25,338 nucleotides of DNA from Myxococcota bacterium (GTDB lineage: Bacteria > Myxococcota_A > UBA796 > GCA-2862545). Position 1 is the first letter of the stretch, and every line of letters begins with the position of its first letter. The notes beneath the pieces were generated by a model, which was not told the origin of the DNA, ran no database searches, and saw only the letters and a program-made list of their open reading frames with translations. The stretch lies in NCBI GenBank assembly GCA_039208735.1, contig JBCCQY010000139.1, positions 1 through 25,338 of the forward strand, written 5' to 3'. A program made the translations under genes and the position numbers. This document shows, piece after piece, positions 9,601 to 16,794 of this stretch.

Positions 9601-10266
9601 AAGTTCCGCTTCCCCGAACTTACCGAATGGCCGCTTGCGCAGAAGCTCGCCTCCGAACGAGAGGTGTTGGGCCTCTACCTCTCGGGACACCCCATGCAGG
9701 CCCACGGCGCCGATGTGGCCCGGTACGCAACGGCTACGCTGTCCGAACTCGCCGCGCACGCCGAAGCCGACGAGGTTCGCATCATCGCCATGAGCGTTGA
9801 CGTGCGCACCGTGCGCACCAAACGCAACGACAAAATGGCCTTCGTTCGCCTCGAAGATGCCAAGGCGTCCATCGAGAGTGTGTTCTTTTCCGAGCCGTGG
9901 GCCCGAAGCCAGCGAGCCATCGAGTCGGGCGAGCCGGTCCTCGTCACCGGCCAAGTCGAATTGACGGGCGACGAAGTGAAGTTTCGCGCACGCTCGGCCG
10001 AGTCTCTCACCGACGTCCGGGCGCGCATGACCCGGGAAGTTCGGTTCATCCTCGACTTGGATGACCTGAACGGCGACCGGCTCGACCAGTTCCGGGACCT
10101 GCTTCGGAGCCAGAAAGGCGGCTGTCGCAGCACCCTTGTGGTGAGGGCCGAAGGCCGCTTCGAGGCCGAATTGCAGCTTCCCGAGCTGCCCGTCGAACCG
10201 AGCCCCAACCTCGAGCAATGCGTCCAAGCCCTCTTCGGACGGCTCGACGTGGTCGCGCTATCGTAA
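6682..10266 (+). CDS. dnaE: DNA polymerase III alpha subunit (DnaE1 type)
   Basis: HLHVHSQFSILDG PHP start, GPGRGSAAGS, catalytic PDIDVDF, HAAGVVI, KFDFLGL, YGFNKSH, clamp-binding QIGLF and a C-terminal OB fold. Confidence 0.98.
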   Translation: MSFVHLHVHSQFSILDGTPTVGALAERAASLGMPALALTDVANLYGAVQFHKACKKSDVKPILGAELHVQPEGIDHEDPNREEGGYQIIALVENEAGYHNLCKLVTRGIFDGMHYKPRVAVEWLHELSEGLIVLTAGLKGVVGRTLTRSGPDATEAAVAALQAGLGPDQLYLELQDHGLPGQVELNEHVRALSAKLSVPLVVTNAVHYLDAQDSAVHELLNAISAGCSMRDDRRFDAPTDQAYFKTEDEMRELFPDDGEAIERTAIIAERCNFEFEYGNYHFPATTPPDVSESDPQPDTDANWAYFYEAFPPAKDWGLPIDGTIPPKPDGAGNINGYFRWYAKRGLEVRLERIDPAMHGEYWDRLEHELNIVLKMGFPAYLLIVAEFINWSKDNLIPVGPGRGSAAGSLAAWAMRITDIDPIRYGLLFERFLNPERVSMPDIDVDFCQDRREEAIEHVREKYGAPLVSQIITYGTLKAKAAVRDVARVLDLSFTEADRIAKLVPDQLGIKLKDALAQEPRLRALRDGDPKVRRVLDMALAIEGTTRQTGVHAAGVVIADRPLVEYAPLYRDEPEGGPVVQYDMKSAEDIGLIKFDFLGLKTLDQIRDALALIEQNHGIALDMEALPDDDPTTYQMLETGDALGVFQLESSGMRELLTRLKPSDINDMVALVALYRPGPLQSGMTDDYVERKHGRTAVTFALPELEPVLKNTYGTIIYQEQVMQIAQVMAGYSLGEADLLRRAMGKKKQSEMDKQRVRFLSGSIENKIDEEKAAEIFDLMAKFAAYGFNKSHSAAYGWIAYQTAYLKAHYRPEYMAALMTIEAANTDKVLAYVLDCRRAGIEVMPVSVNHSEKHFSVPKPADRPRDEEGNVIDQIRFGLAAVKNVGSGAIDAILEARADGPFEDAFAFFERIDHSKVNKRVVENLVKAGAFDVFGIPRRALLEGLEAAVTLGARAQRDREAGQIGLFAGSPKSPKFRFPELTEWPLAQKLASEREVLGLYLSGHPMQAHGADVARYATATLSELAAHAEADEVRIIAMSVDVRTVRTKRNDKMAFVRLEDAKASIESVFFSEPWARSQRAIESGEPVLVTGQVELTGDEVKFRARSAESLTDVRARMTREVRFILDLDDLNGDRLDQFRDLLRSQKGGCRSTLVVRAEGRFEAELQLPELPVEPSPNLEQCVQALFGRLDVVALS

Positions 10267-10292
10267 GAGCAGGGTACAGCGGGGGGAGTTCG

Positions 10293-11039
10293 ATGATCGG
10301 CTGGGCGGTCGTGGCGATCGCGAAGGACCCCACGGCGGTCGTGCAATCGCTCACCGACGAGGTGACGATCGATTGGACGAACCTCGAGGTCGAGGTGCAA
10401 GCCACCGCCCAGGCCCCGGCGGTGGGTTCCCTGCGGGCCATCGAGGAACTCGCCCGACAGAACATCGCCAAGACCTTGCAACGGGCGCTGCCAAGGGTCC
10501 CTCTGACGGCGACGATCGCACTGGGGGCCATTCAGACCGACCCCGTTCTTGACGCTCCCATCGCGGCCCGTCAGGCACGCTGGCAGGTCACGGAGGCCCA
10601 GTACGCCACGTCGGGCACCGTTCGGCTCACCGCAAGCCTGTCCCTCGCAAGCGTGGTCAAGCCGTGGGTGTTGGCCAACGCACTCCCCGAGGCCACCTCG
10701 GCCGTCGATCCACCGTTTACGGGCGTGCTTGTGGATGCGCGGGCTGTCGACGTGTCGATGGCCGTAGCCCCTCGCATCGTCACCGAGGACGGTGAAGTCC
10801 TGTTCGATGGTCGACTCGATGCGTTTTCCGCCGTCACACGAGCGCCCGTTCGGTACGTCGCCTCTCCCGCCCACCGCAGGGCCGATCAAGCCGGTGAACG
10901 GCCCTGGCGCCTTCTTGCTACGGCGGTTCAGTCCGAGGTGGATCTGATTGTGGCCGAGGTTGACCCAGCCGAACGGGCATCGGCGCTGCAGGTCCTCCAA
11001 TCGGGCGAAATCATCATCGTGGTCCGCGATGGCCGCTGA
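10293..11039 (+). CDS. Exported protein resembling LPP20-family-associated proteins
   Basis: GGGAG SD before ATG. Motifs IDWTN, FTGVLVDAR and PRIVTEDGEV. Sits in an operon between dnaE and lipB. Confidence 0.6.
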   Translation: MIGWAVVAIAKDPTAVVQSLTDEVTIDWTNLEVEVQATAQAPAVGSLRAIEELARQNIAKTLQRALPRVPLTATIALGAIQTDPVLDAPIAARQARWQVTEAQYATSGTVRLTASLSLASVVKPWVLANALPEATSAVDPPFTGVLVDARAVDVSMAVAPRIVTEDGEVLFDGRLDAFSAVTRAPVRYVASPAHRRADQAGERPWRLLATAVQSEVDLIVAEVDPAERASALQVLQSGEIIIVVRDGR

Positions 11040-11655
11040 TCTCGCCGTTCAGTGGTTAGGCCGCCTGTCCTTTGGCTGGGCCGAGCGGTTGCAACGCGGC
11101 CGCCGACGCAGCATCATCGCTGGCGTTGCCCCAGAAGTCCTCTGGCTACTCGAGCATGATCCCGTGATCACCTTGGGCCGTCGTGGTGGTGAGGTCTTGG
11201 CGAACCCTTCGATCCCCGTGGTGGCGACCGACCGCGGTGGACTCGCGACCTACCACGGCCCGGGCCAGCTCGTCGGATACCTGCTGGTCGACGTCGACGC
11301 ACGGCGATTGGGGGTTCGGCGACTCGTCGAAGCCATCGAGGACGGACTGATCGCCTGGCTCACCACGAAGGGGATCCTGGCCGACCGTCGACCTCATGCA
11401 CCTGGAGTGTGGGTTGGTGATCACAAGATCGCGGCGCTGGGCCTGCACTTTTCGCGTGGCGTGAGCATGCATGGCTTTGCCTTGAACCTCGAACCGCACC
11501 TCGCCGCCTACCAAGCGATCGTCCCCTGTGGCTTTTCAAGCGACCAGGTCACCTCGGTTGCCAAGTTGAAAGGCGGCTCCTGGCCCGTCTTCGATCACGC
11601 CGCTGACGTGGGGCAGTACGTGCGCGACGCCATCGTGTCGAAGCCAGGACCTTGA
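11029..11655 (+). CDS. lipB: Lipoyl(octanoyl) transferase LipB
   Basis: LEHDPVITLGRR, DRGGLATYHGPGQLVGY, KIAALG, HGFALN and IVPCG. Confidence 0.95.
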   Translation: MAADLAVQWLGRLSFGWAERLQRGRRRSIIAGVAPEVLWLLEHDPVITLGRRGGEVLANPSIPVVATDRGGLATYHGPGQLVGYLLVDVDARRLGVRRLVEAIEDGLIAWLTTKGILADRRPHAPGVWVGDHKIAALGLHFSRGVSMHGFALNLEPHLAAYQAIVPCGFSSDQVTSVAKLKGGSWPVFDHAADVGQYVRDAIVSKPGP

Positions 11656-11680
11656 CCTCCTCCCAAGTGGGGATTAGCTC
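11652..11680 (+). promoter_or_regulatory. Putative promoter for tRNA-Val (TTGACC-N17-TAGCTC)
   Basis: Good -35 hexamer and 17-nt spacing, ending 11 nt before the tRNA. Confidence 0.45.
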
Positions 11681-11691
11681 TAGCGGAGCAA

Positions 11692-11763
11692 AGGCTCGTA
11701 GCTCAGTGGGAGAGCACCGCCCTGACACGGCGGGGGTCCGCGGTTCAAATCCGCGCGAGCCTA
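11692..11763 (+). tRNA. tRNA-Val(GAC), CCA not encoded
   Basis: Cloverleaf: acceptor AGGCTCG/CGAGCCT, D stem GCTC/GAGC, anticodon stem CCGCC/GGCGG with GAC at 11724-11726, T arm CGCGG-TTCAAAT-CCGCG, discriminator A. Confidence 0.96.
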
Positions 11764-11766
11764 CTC

Positions 11767-11788
11767 CTTCCCTTTCAAGGGAAGTGTT
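11767..11788 (+). terminator. Hairpin just 3' of tRNA-Val (weak terminator or processing signal)
   Basis: CTTCCCT-TTCA-AGGGAAG followed by TGTT. Confidence 0.35.
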
Positions 11789-11892
11789 CAATCGGCGCTC
11801 ACCCGCGCCAACGCCCCGACCCGGAAGTGTCTCGTGCGGTCTTGTCGCGTGGGCTATTCTGACCGTAGTTGCCTCCAACCGAGAGAGGGACT

Positions 11893-12555
11893 GTGCGCAG
11901 AGGACCCCGCCGCCGGCCCCAACAGGAGCCCGATCGCAACGAATTGCGGGTGAACCGACGGATCCGCGCTCCTCGGGTTCTCGTCATTGATGAGCAGGGG
12001 AACAAGCTGGGTGAGTTCCTCATCGAGGACGCGGTCCGGCTCGCCGAAGACCGTGGACTCGACCTGATCGAGGTCTCTCCCAACACCCGTCCCGTCGTGT
12101 GTCGCATCCAGGACTACGGCAAGCTCAAATACGAGCGCAAGAAGAAGGCCTCCCAAGCCCGAAAGAATCAGGTTCAGGTGCAGACCAAGGAAGTCAAGCT
12201 GCGCCCCAAGACCGACGACCATGACATCGCGGTGAAAGTTCGCCACTCCCGACGTTTCCTCGAGGAGGGCAACAAAGTCAAGGTGACCATCCGCTTCCGG
12301 GGACGGGAACTTGCTCACCGTGACATTGGGGCCCAGCAGTGCTTGCGGGTGGCCAAGGAGTGTGAGGATCTCGGCAACATCGAGATCCGACCTCGGATGG
12401 ACGGGCGGCAGATGTTCATGATCATCGCGCCCAACGCCAAGACTCGGGCTCGTGCGGTGGCCCGAGCCGAGCAGGCGGCCGCCGAAGGGGAAGTCGAAGA
12501 CGCGGCGGACGAAGGACTCGAAGATGACCTCGACGACGAGGCCGCGGAAGAGTAA
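11893..12555 (+). CDS. infC: Translation initiation factor IF-3 with acidic C-terminal extension
   Basis: RVNRRIRA, GLDLIEVSP, DYGKLKYE, KEVKLRPKT and KVKVTIRFRGRE. GAGGG precedes GTG 11893; in-frame TAG at 11866. Confidence 0.95.
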   Translation: MRRGPRRRPQQEPDRNELRVNRRIRAPRVLVIDEQGNKLGEFLIEDAVRLAEDRGLDLIEVSPNTRPVVCRIQDYGKLKYERKKKASQARKNQVQVQTKEVKLRPKTDDHDIAVKVRHSRRFLEEGNKVKVTIRFRGRELAHRDIGAQQCLRVAKECEDLGNIEIRPRMDGRQMFMIIAPNAKTRARAVARAEQAAAEGEVEDAADEGLEDDLDDEAAEE

Positions 12556-12568
12556 GTGCCGGGCTCCA

Positions 12569-12598
12569 TTGACGAGGGCCGGGCCACGTGGTTAGCCC
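12569..12598 (+). promoter_or_regulatory. Putative internal promoter for rpmI-rplT (TTGACG-N18-TAGCCC)
   Basis: Near-consensus -35 in the infC-rpmI gap. Confidence 0.35.
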
Positions 12599-12644
12599 AC
12601 ACCGGTCCGGGCACGCCACGGGTGTGCGTGCCCTCGGAGAAACC

Positions 12645-12842
12645 ATGCCCAAGATGAAGACCCACCGGGGCGCGGCCAAGCGCTTCAAGAAGACGGGTTC
12701 GGGTAAGATCCGCTTCAAGCGGGCCTTCCTGCGCCACTGCCTCGAGCAGCAGCCGAAGAGCGCAAAGCGTGTTCTGCGCAAGGCTGGCTACCTCTCGGGC
12801 GGCGATGCTCGCGCCATCCAGCGCAAGCTGCGCGGCGAGTGA
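12645..12842 (+). CDS. rpmI: 50S ribosomal protein L35
   Basis: MPKMKTHRGAAKRFKKTGSGK; GGAG SD. Confidence 0.97.
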   Translation: MPKMKTHRGAAKRFKKTGSGKIRFKRAFLRHCLEQQPKSAKRVLRKAGYLSGGDARAIQRKLRGE

Positions 12843-12937
12843 CCCTTCGGCGCCCCCGGCGCCCCCATCAACCCACCGTCACCGCCAGGTCGGATGAGCC
12901 GATCCAGGCTGGGAAGCGGTTTTAGAGGAGATGCCTC

Positions 12938-13294
12938 ATGGCTCGCATCAAGCGTGCTCAGATCCGGAAGACTCGCAAAAAGAACCTGTTCCGCCGCGTT
13001 CGGGGGTTTTTCCTAGGCCGCCGTCGCCTTCGTCAGGCCATCGAAGCCCGGATGAAGGCCGAGAAGCAGGAATTCATTGGCCGGAAGCTTCGTAAGCGGG
13101 ACTTCCGACGCCTTTGGACCCAGCGCATCAACGCCGCAGCCCGTCAGCACGGTCTGTCCTACTCGCGCTTCATCCACGGCCTGAAGACCGCAGGCGTGGA
13201 CGTGAATCGTAAAATGCTCGCTGACCTTGCGGTGAAAGAGCCGGCCGCCTTCCAGGCCCTCGTCGAGTGCGCAAAAACCGCCATCGCCAGCTGA
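12938..13294 (+). CDS. rplT: 50S ribosomal protein L20
   Basis: [27 protein letters not shown] and [17 protein letters not shown]. Confidence 0.97.
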   Translation: MARIKRAQIRKTRKKNLFRRVRGFFLGRRRLRQAIEARMKAEKQEFIGRKLRKRDFRRLWTQRINAAARQHGLSYSRFIHGLKTAGVDVNRKMLADLAVKEPAAFQALVECAKTAIAS

Positions 13295-13356
13295 CCCATC
13301 ATCCACGAGCCGCGTTAAATCGGGGATCGTAGAGCAACGTTTCCCGGAGCGCTCCA

Positions 13357-13857
13357 ATGTGGTGGTGGTTGGTCCTGGCCTGCAACAACGAAGAGCCAGT
13401 TGCCGAGCGCGTCAACGCCGAAGAGCAAGATCTCATCGTACTGGTTCGCCAGGCCTGCACCGATGACGAAAGCGCCACCCTGTCGCTGCCGCTGTTGTCG
13501 AATGTGGGCCGAATTGAAATCGGGGTGGCCGAGGTCACGCCAGGGTGCGCATCCGTAGGTGACACCTACGTGCTCGACGTTGAACTCTTTGATGAGTTCG
13601 AAGAAGTCGTCGATGAAACCCAGATCATCGCGCTTCCTGAGGCGGTTAGCGACCTCGACGGGGATGGCATGATCGAGGCTCGCGACGCGGCGACCTACTT
13701 GTTGGTCCGCGATGAGTTCGACCCGGGCGTGTTCTCCATCATGCTCCAAGCGCTTGGCGCCGCAACGGAAGAGCGCGACGATCGGTGGCGCGTCGAACTC
13801 CTCGCCTTCCCCGAGGAGCCCGAAGACGAAGGTGGTGGCGGGCTGTTGGGCGGCTAG
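13357..13857 (+). CDS. Acidic putative lipoprotein with an EF-hand-like Ca-binding loop
   Basis: GGAG SD, lipobox-like VLAC at Cys9 and a DLDGDGMIEARD loop. Its stop overlaps the amnA stop in CTAG (13854-13857). Confidence 0.65.
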   Translation: MWWWLVLACNNEEPVAERVNAEEQDLIVLVRQACTDDESATLSLPLLSNVGRIEIGVAEVTPGCASVGDTYVLDVELFDEFEEVVDETQIIALPEAVSDLDGDGMIEARDAATYLLVRDEFDPGVFSIMLQALGAATEERDDRWRVELLAFPEEPEDEGGGGLLGG

Positions 13858-14768
13858 GCGATGACGTCTCGGTCGCCCGAGAACGCCTCGACCTCATCTT
13901 CGTCGAATTCCTTCTCACCAATTCCATCGTCGGAAGGGGTCAGGGCCACGACCGCGCCTCCGGTTCCGACCAGCGCCTCGTAGGCGAAGATCTCGCCTCG
14001 GTACCGGTTGTGCTGCCCCATCGCCGCCGACCAGAACCAAAACGACTTGAAGTTCTGGACCTTGGGCACACGAATCTGCTGGTGCACAACACGAGACAGC
14101 TGTGCGGCGTCCTCGAGCCGACCCTCGCCCAAGAATTCCAAGAGCTTCGCATTCCATTCTTCATCTTTGGCAGAATGAATGCGATCTTCGGACGGGTCGA
14201 TCCAATCGGTAAACAACCGATTCGATAGGGTGCCCACCACGATGACGGCGACGCGACGACCCGCCGCACTTGCCGCATCGCGGCACGCCTTGCCCAGCAC
14301 GATGGTCTCCCCGCGGTCCGCGTACACATTGCTGCTCACAATGACCGCAGGAATTGCGTTGTCGGGATTTAGGAGCTTGAGGGCGACCACCGAGCCCGTG
14401 TCGATGGGAAAGCCATGGTAGGCGACGGTTCGCATGTGAAGTCCGCGCTCGGTTCCCGCCTTAGCCAACGTGTCGGCGAACGCCGCATCGATCCGAAACT
14501 GGTAGGGAATGCTGCCGAGGTCGTGAAAGAGTTCGTCAACATGGACCCACTCGGGCGTGGGGTGCGCCTGGATCTGGTGGCCAATCACCGACGGCCACAT
14601 GGTCGAATACACCAGTAGGACGTCTGGTTTTTGGGCCAGGACATGCTGGCGAGCGGCTTCGAAGCCTTCCCGGAGTCGCGTGTAGCCTGCGCTCTTCTCG
14701 GGACAGAGCAGGGGATGCGGAAGCCCGGGCACGAGCACCCCGACAACCGGACGGTCGGTCTCCTCCAT
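13854..14768 (-). CDS. amnA: 2-aminophenol 1,6-dioxygenase alpha-subunit-like (non-catalytic LigB fold)
   Basis: LVPGLPHP, KPDVLLVYSTMW, HVDELFHDLG, GFPIDTG and IDPSEDRI match AmnA/CnbCa motifs as recalled. TGATG coupling to amnB. Confidence 0.85.
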   Translation of the reverse strand: MEETDRPVVGVLVPGLPHPLLCPEKSAGYTRLREGFEAARQHVLAQKPDVLLVYSTMWPSVIGHQIQAHPTPEWVHVDELFHDLGSIPYQFRIDAAFADTLAKAGTERGLHMRTVAYHGFPIDTGSVVALKLLNPDNAIPAVIVSSNVYADRGETIVLGKACRDAASAAGRRVAVIVVGTLSNRLFTDWIDPSEDRIHSAKDEEWNAKLLEFLGEGRLEDAAQLSRVVHQQIRVPKVQNFKSFWFWSAAMGQHNRYRGEIFAYEALVGTGGAVVALTPSDDGIGEKEFDEDEVEAFSGDRDVIA

Positions 14769-15655
14769 CACGCACGCTCCGCGGGGGGAGCCCAGCCCAC
14801 CACGGCGTTGCCCGTGCCAATGACGGTGCCATAGCCAAACAGCTCGCCTGGGTAGGTGGGGTAATCGAGGGCTGCGATCAACCACGTGAGCGCGCCGGAG
14901 TCGGTCTCGGCCACCGCGTGTTCCGTGAACTCGGGCATGAGGTCGACGATCTGCCGCGTTTGACCTTTGCGCATCAGCTCGATGAGCTTCATGTCCCAGA
15001 GGTACTGGTGGTGGTTGGTGATGTGCTCGTGCGTCATGTCCTCGGGAACATCCGGCTCAACCACGAAGTGACGATGCGACAGGGACTCGCTCGCCAACAA
15101 GACCACCTTGCGGTCGCTCTCCTCGATGGCCTTGCGGGTGGCTTTCCCCAACGCGACCATCTGCTCCTGCATGACCTCGACGCTGTAGAAGTGGGTGGCC
15201 CGCTGCGACGACACAGCCACGATCGGCTTGTCGAACTCTGGCCGGGTGAGGTGGCAGCTCACCAACGTGCCGTAGTCGACTCGAAAATCGGGATTCCGCA
15301 TCATCTTGGTCACCAGCCCCGCTTCGCCAGCCGATGCGCACAGCTGCTCGGCGAGCGGCACATCCACCTTCAACTTGTAGTGGTAGCGAAACAGGTTGGG
15401 AAACACAGGATCGACCGACAACGAGTCGAACTCGGGCACTCCCAAGAAGTGGGTTCCGATATAGGTCTGCCAGTGGGGTGAAAGTACGACGATGGTGTCG
15501 TAGTCGATGCCGTCAAGCACCTGCCGCAGGCGTTCATAGCCCCAGCGCAACGTTTCCCAGCCGCATTCCGCCGATGGTTCGTTTTGCGGTGGATTGTCGG
15601 CGTAGACGAGGTGCGGAGGATGCGGCGCGAGCGCGCCATAGACGATGCGTCCCAT
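14768..15655 (-). CDS. amnB: 2-aminophenol 1,6-dioxygenase beta (catalytic) subunit-like
   Basis: APHPPHLVYADNPPQNEP, SPHW, SVDPVFPNLFR, TKMMRNPDFRVDYGT, LSH and GYGTVIGTGNAV. Fe ligands His/His/Glu and catalytic His/Tyr are present. Confidence 0.9.
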   Translation of the reverse strand: MGRIVYGALAPHPPHLVYADNPPQNEPSAECGWETLRWGYERLRQVLDGIDYDTIVVLSPHWQTYIGTHFLGVPEFDSLSVDPVFPNLFRYHYKLKVDVPLAEQLCASAGEAGLVTKMMRNPDFRVDYGTLVSCHLTRPEFDKPIVAVSSQRATHFYSVEVMQEQMVALGKATRKAIEESDRKVVLLASESLSHRHFVVEPDVPEDMTHEHITNHHQYLWDMKLIELMRKGQTRQIVDLMPEFTEHAVAETDSGALTWLIAALDYPTYPGELFGYGTVIGTGNAVVGWAPPAERA

Positions 15656-15657
15656 GC

Positions 15658-16794
15658 TCAATCCTTCTCGACAGGGGGCAAATGGTCTTCCCAGTCCCAA
15701 TACCAGCGGTCCGAATCGGGATCCCACTCGTCCCAGGTGGCTACGTGCGAGAGCAATTCCACGCGGTCAGGAGGCACAATGCCGGGCACAAAGAACGCTT
15801 TTTGGCGATGGAGCGGGTAGGGATTCCGAAGTTCAAATCCCAAAACCCCCAGGATGGCGCGGGCCACGTACCAGGTGGCCTGGGGATTCCACCCGTGCGC
15901 AATCTTGACGGCAACGCCAAGCCCATCCGGGTAGTCGGGGTGGACGATCGCCATGCCAAGCAGCCCGTCGGCCCCCTCCTTGGCGATGATGTTGCCCTTA
16001 CCGGCCTTGATCACCGTCGAGTCGAGTCGGTTGAAGCCGCCCACGAGATCAGGGTGCTGGGTCATCGCCGACCAGATCCAATCGTCATCGCGGGTGCGCA
16101 CCAAGCCCGCAAAGCAGCGGGCCAGCTCGGTCACGGTGTTGGAAACGGTGGGCAAGCCACACCCGTCGCGCGCGACCCGCAAGGGGGTCCACTCCGGACC
16201 GAGGAAGCACCGGAGCTGGTTGATGAACGCAGGAAACAGCGGGTGTGACGGCATTGTATAGGCGACCCGGGGCCAACCCTTCTTACGGCAGGCATGAAGG
16301 ATCGCGGCATGCTCCCCCGAACAGGTGTGGTACCAACGGCGCGGCCGCCGGACCTGTCGGCCGAACTGCACAAGCGGCACATCCAGCGGTGTGCGCATGA
16401 GGCCCCGTTCGGAAGGCGTGAGCAACGATTGGGCGGCCCGGACATGTTCGGTGTCGCCGTTGTGGCTCGCCACGGCAATCGCGTGCTGCTCGGTGGTGCA
16501 GTCCTTCAGCTCATCGACGAAGATCTTCATCGTCAGCGGCTTCATCATCGAACGGCCGTAGCAAAGCACATTGCCGCCGAACGAGTGCACCACCCGATCC
16601 CCACTCACCCAGGCCACCGCGCCGTGGATGGTGGTCTCGCTCACGCCGTTTCGACGGTAATCGACGAGCGGTTCCCACTCGACATCCCGACCTGTCGCGA
16701 TCCCTTTGATGGACTCCCCAAAGGGAGACATGGGGTAGATCGCCCGTCCTGGGCGCCCCGTCGTCACCGCACTGGGCCGATGATCATCGCTCAC
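15658..16794 (-). CDS. Class 3 (Rhizobium etli-type, asparaginase II family) hydrolase with altered motif
   Basis: RSMMKP (SxxK), ASHNG, TCSGEH, DGCGLP and AKEGADG. GGAGG lies 6 nt before GTG 16794, which overlaps the kynB end. Confidence 0.85.
   Translation of the reverse strand: MSDDHRPSAVTTGRPGRAIYPMSPFGESIKGIATGRDVEWEPLVDYRRNGVSETTIHGAVAWVSGDRVVHSFGGNVLCYGRSMMKPLTMKIFVDELKDCTTEQHAIAVASHNGDTEHVRAAQSLLTPSERGLMRTPLDVPLVQFGRQVRRPRRWYHTCSGEHAAILHACRKKGWPRVAYTMPSHPLFPAFINQLRCFLGPEWTPLRVARDGCGLPTVSNTVTELARCFAGLVRTRDDDWIWSAMTQHPDLVGGFNRLDSTVIKAGKGNIIAKEGADGLLGMAIVHPDYPDGLGVAVKIAHGWNPQATWYVARAILGVLGFELRNPYPLHRQKAFFVPGIVPPDRVELLSHVATWDEWDPDSDRWYWDWEDHLPPVEKD

Noticed and set aside
6682..10266. Intein or split in dnaE
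   Set aside because: The length is normal and the inserts lack intein terminal motifs (N-terminal Cys/Ser, C-terminal His-Asn) and endonuclease motifs.
480..11000. Long antisense or alternate-frame ORFs (e.g. 480-1511, 6787-7782, 9675-11000)
   Set aside because: They overlap well-supported genes, have no recognisable motifs, and are expected shadows in GC-rich DNA.
12849..12866. Tandem GGCGCCCCC x2 after rpmI
   Set aside because: Too short and GC-rich to distinguish from chance or slippage.
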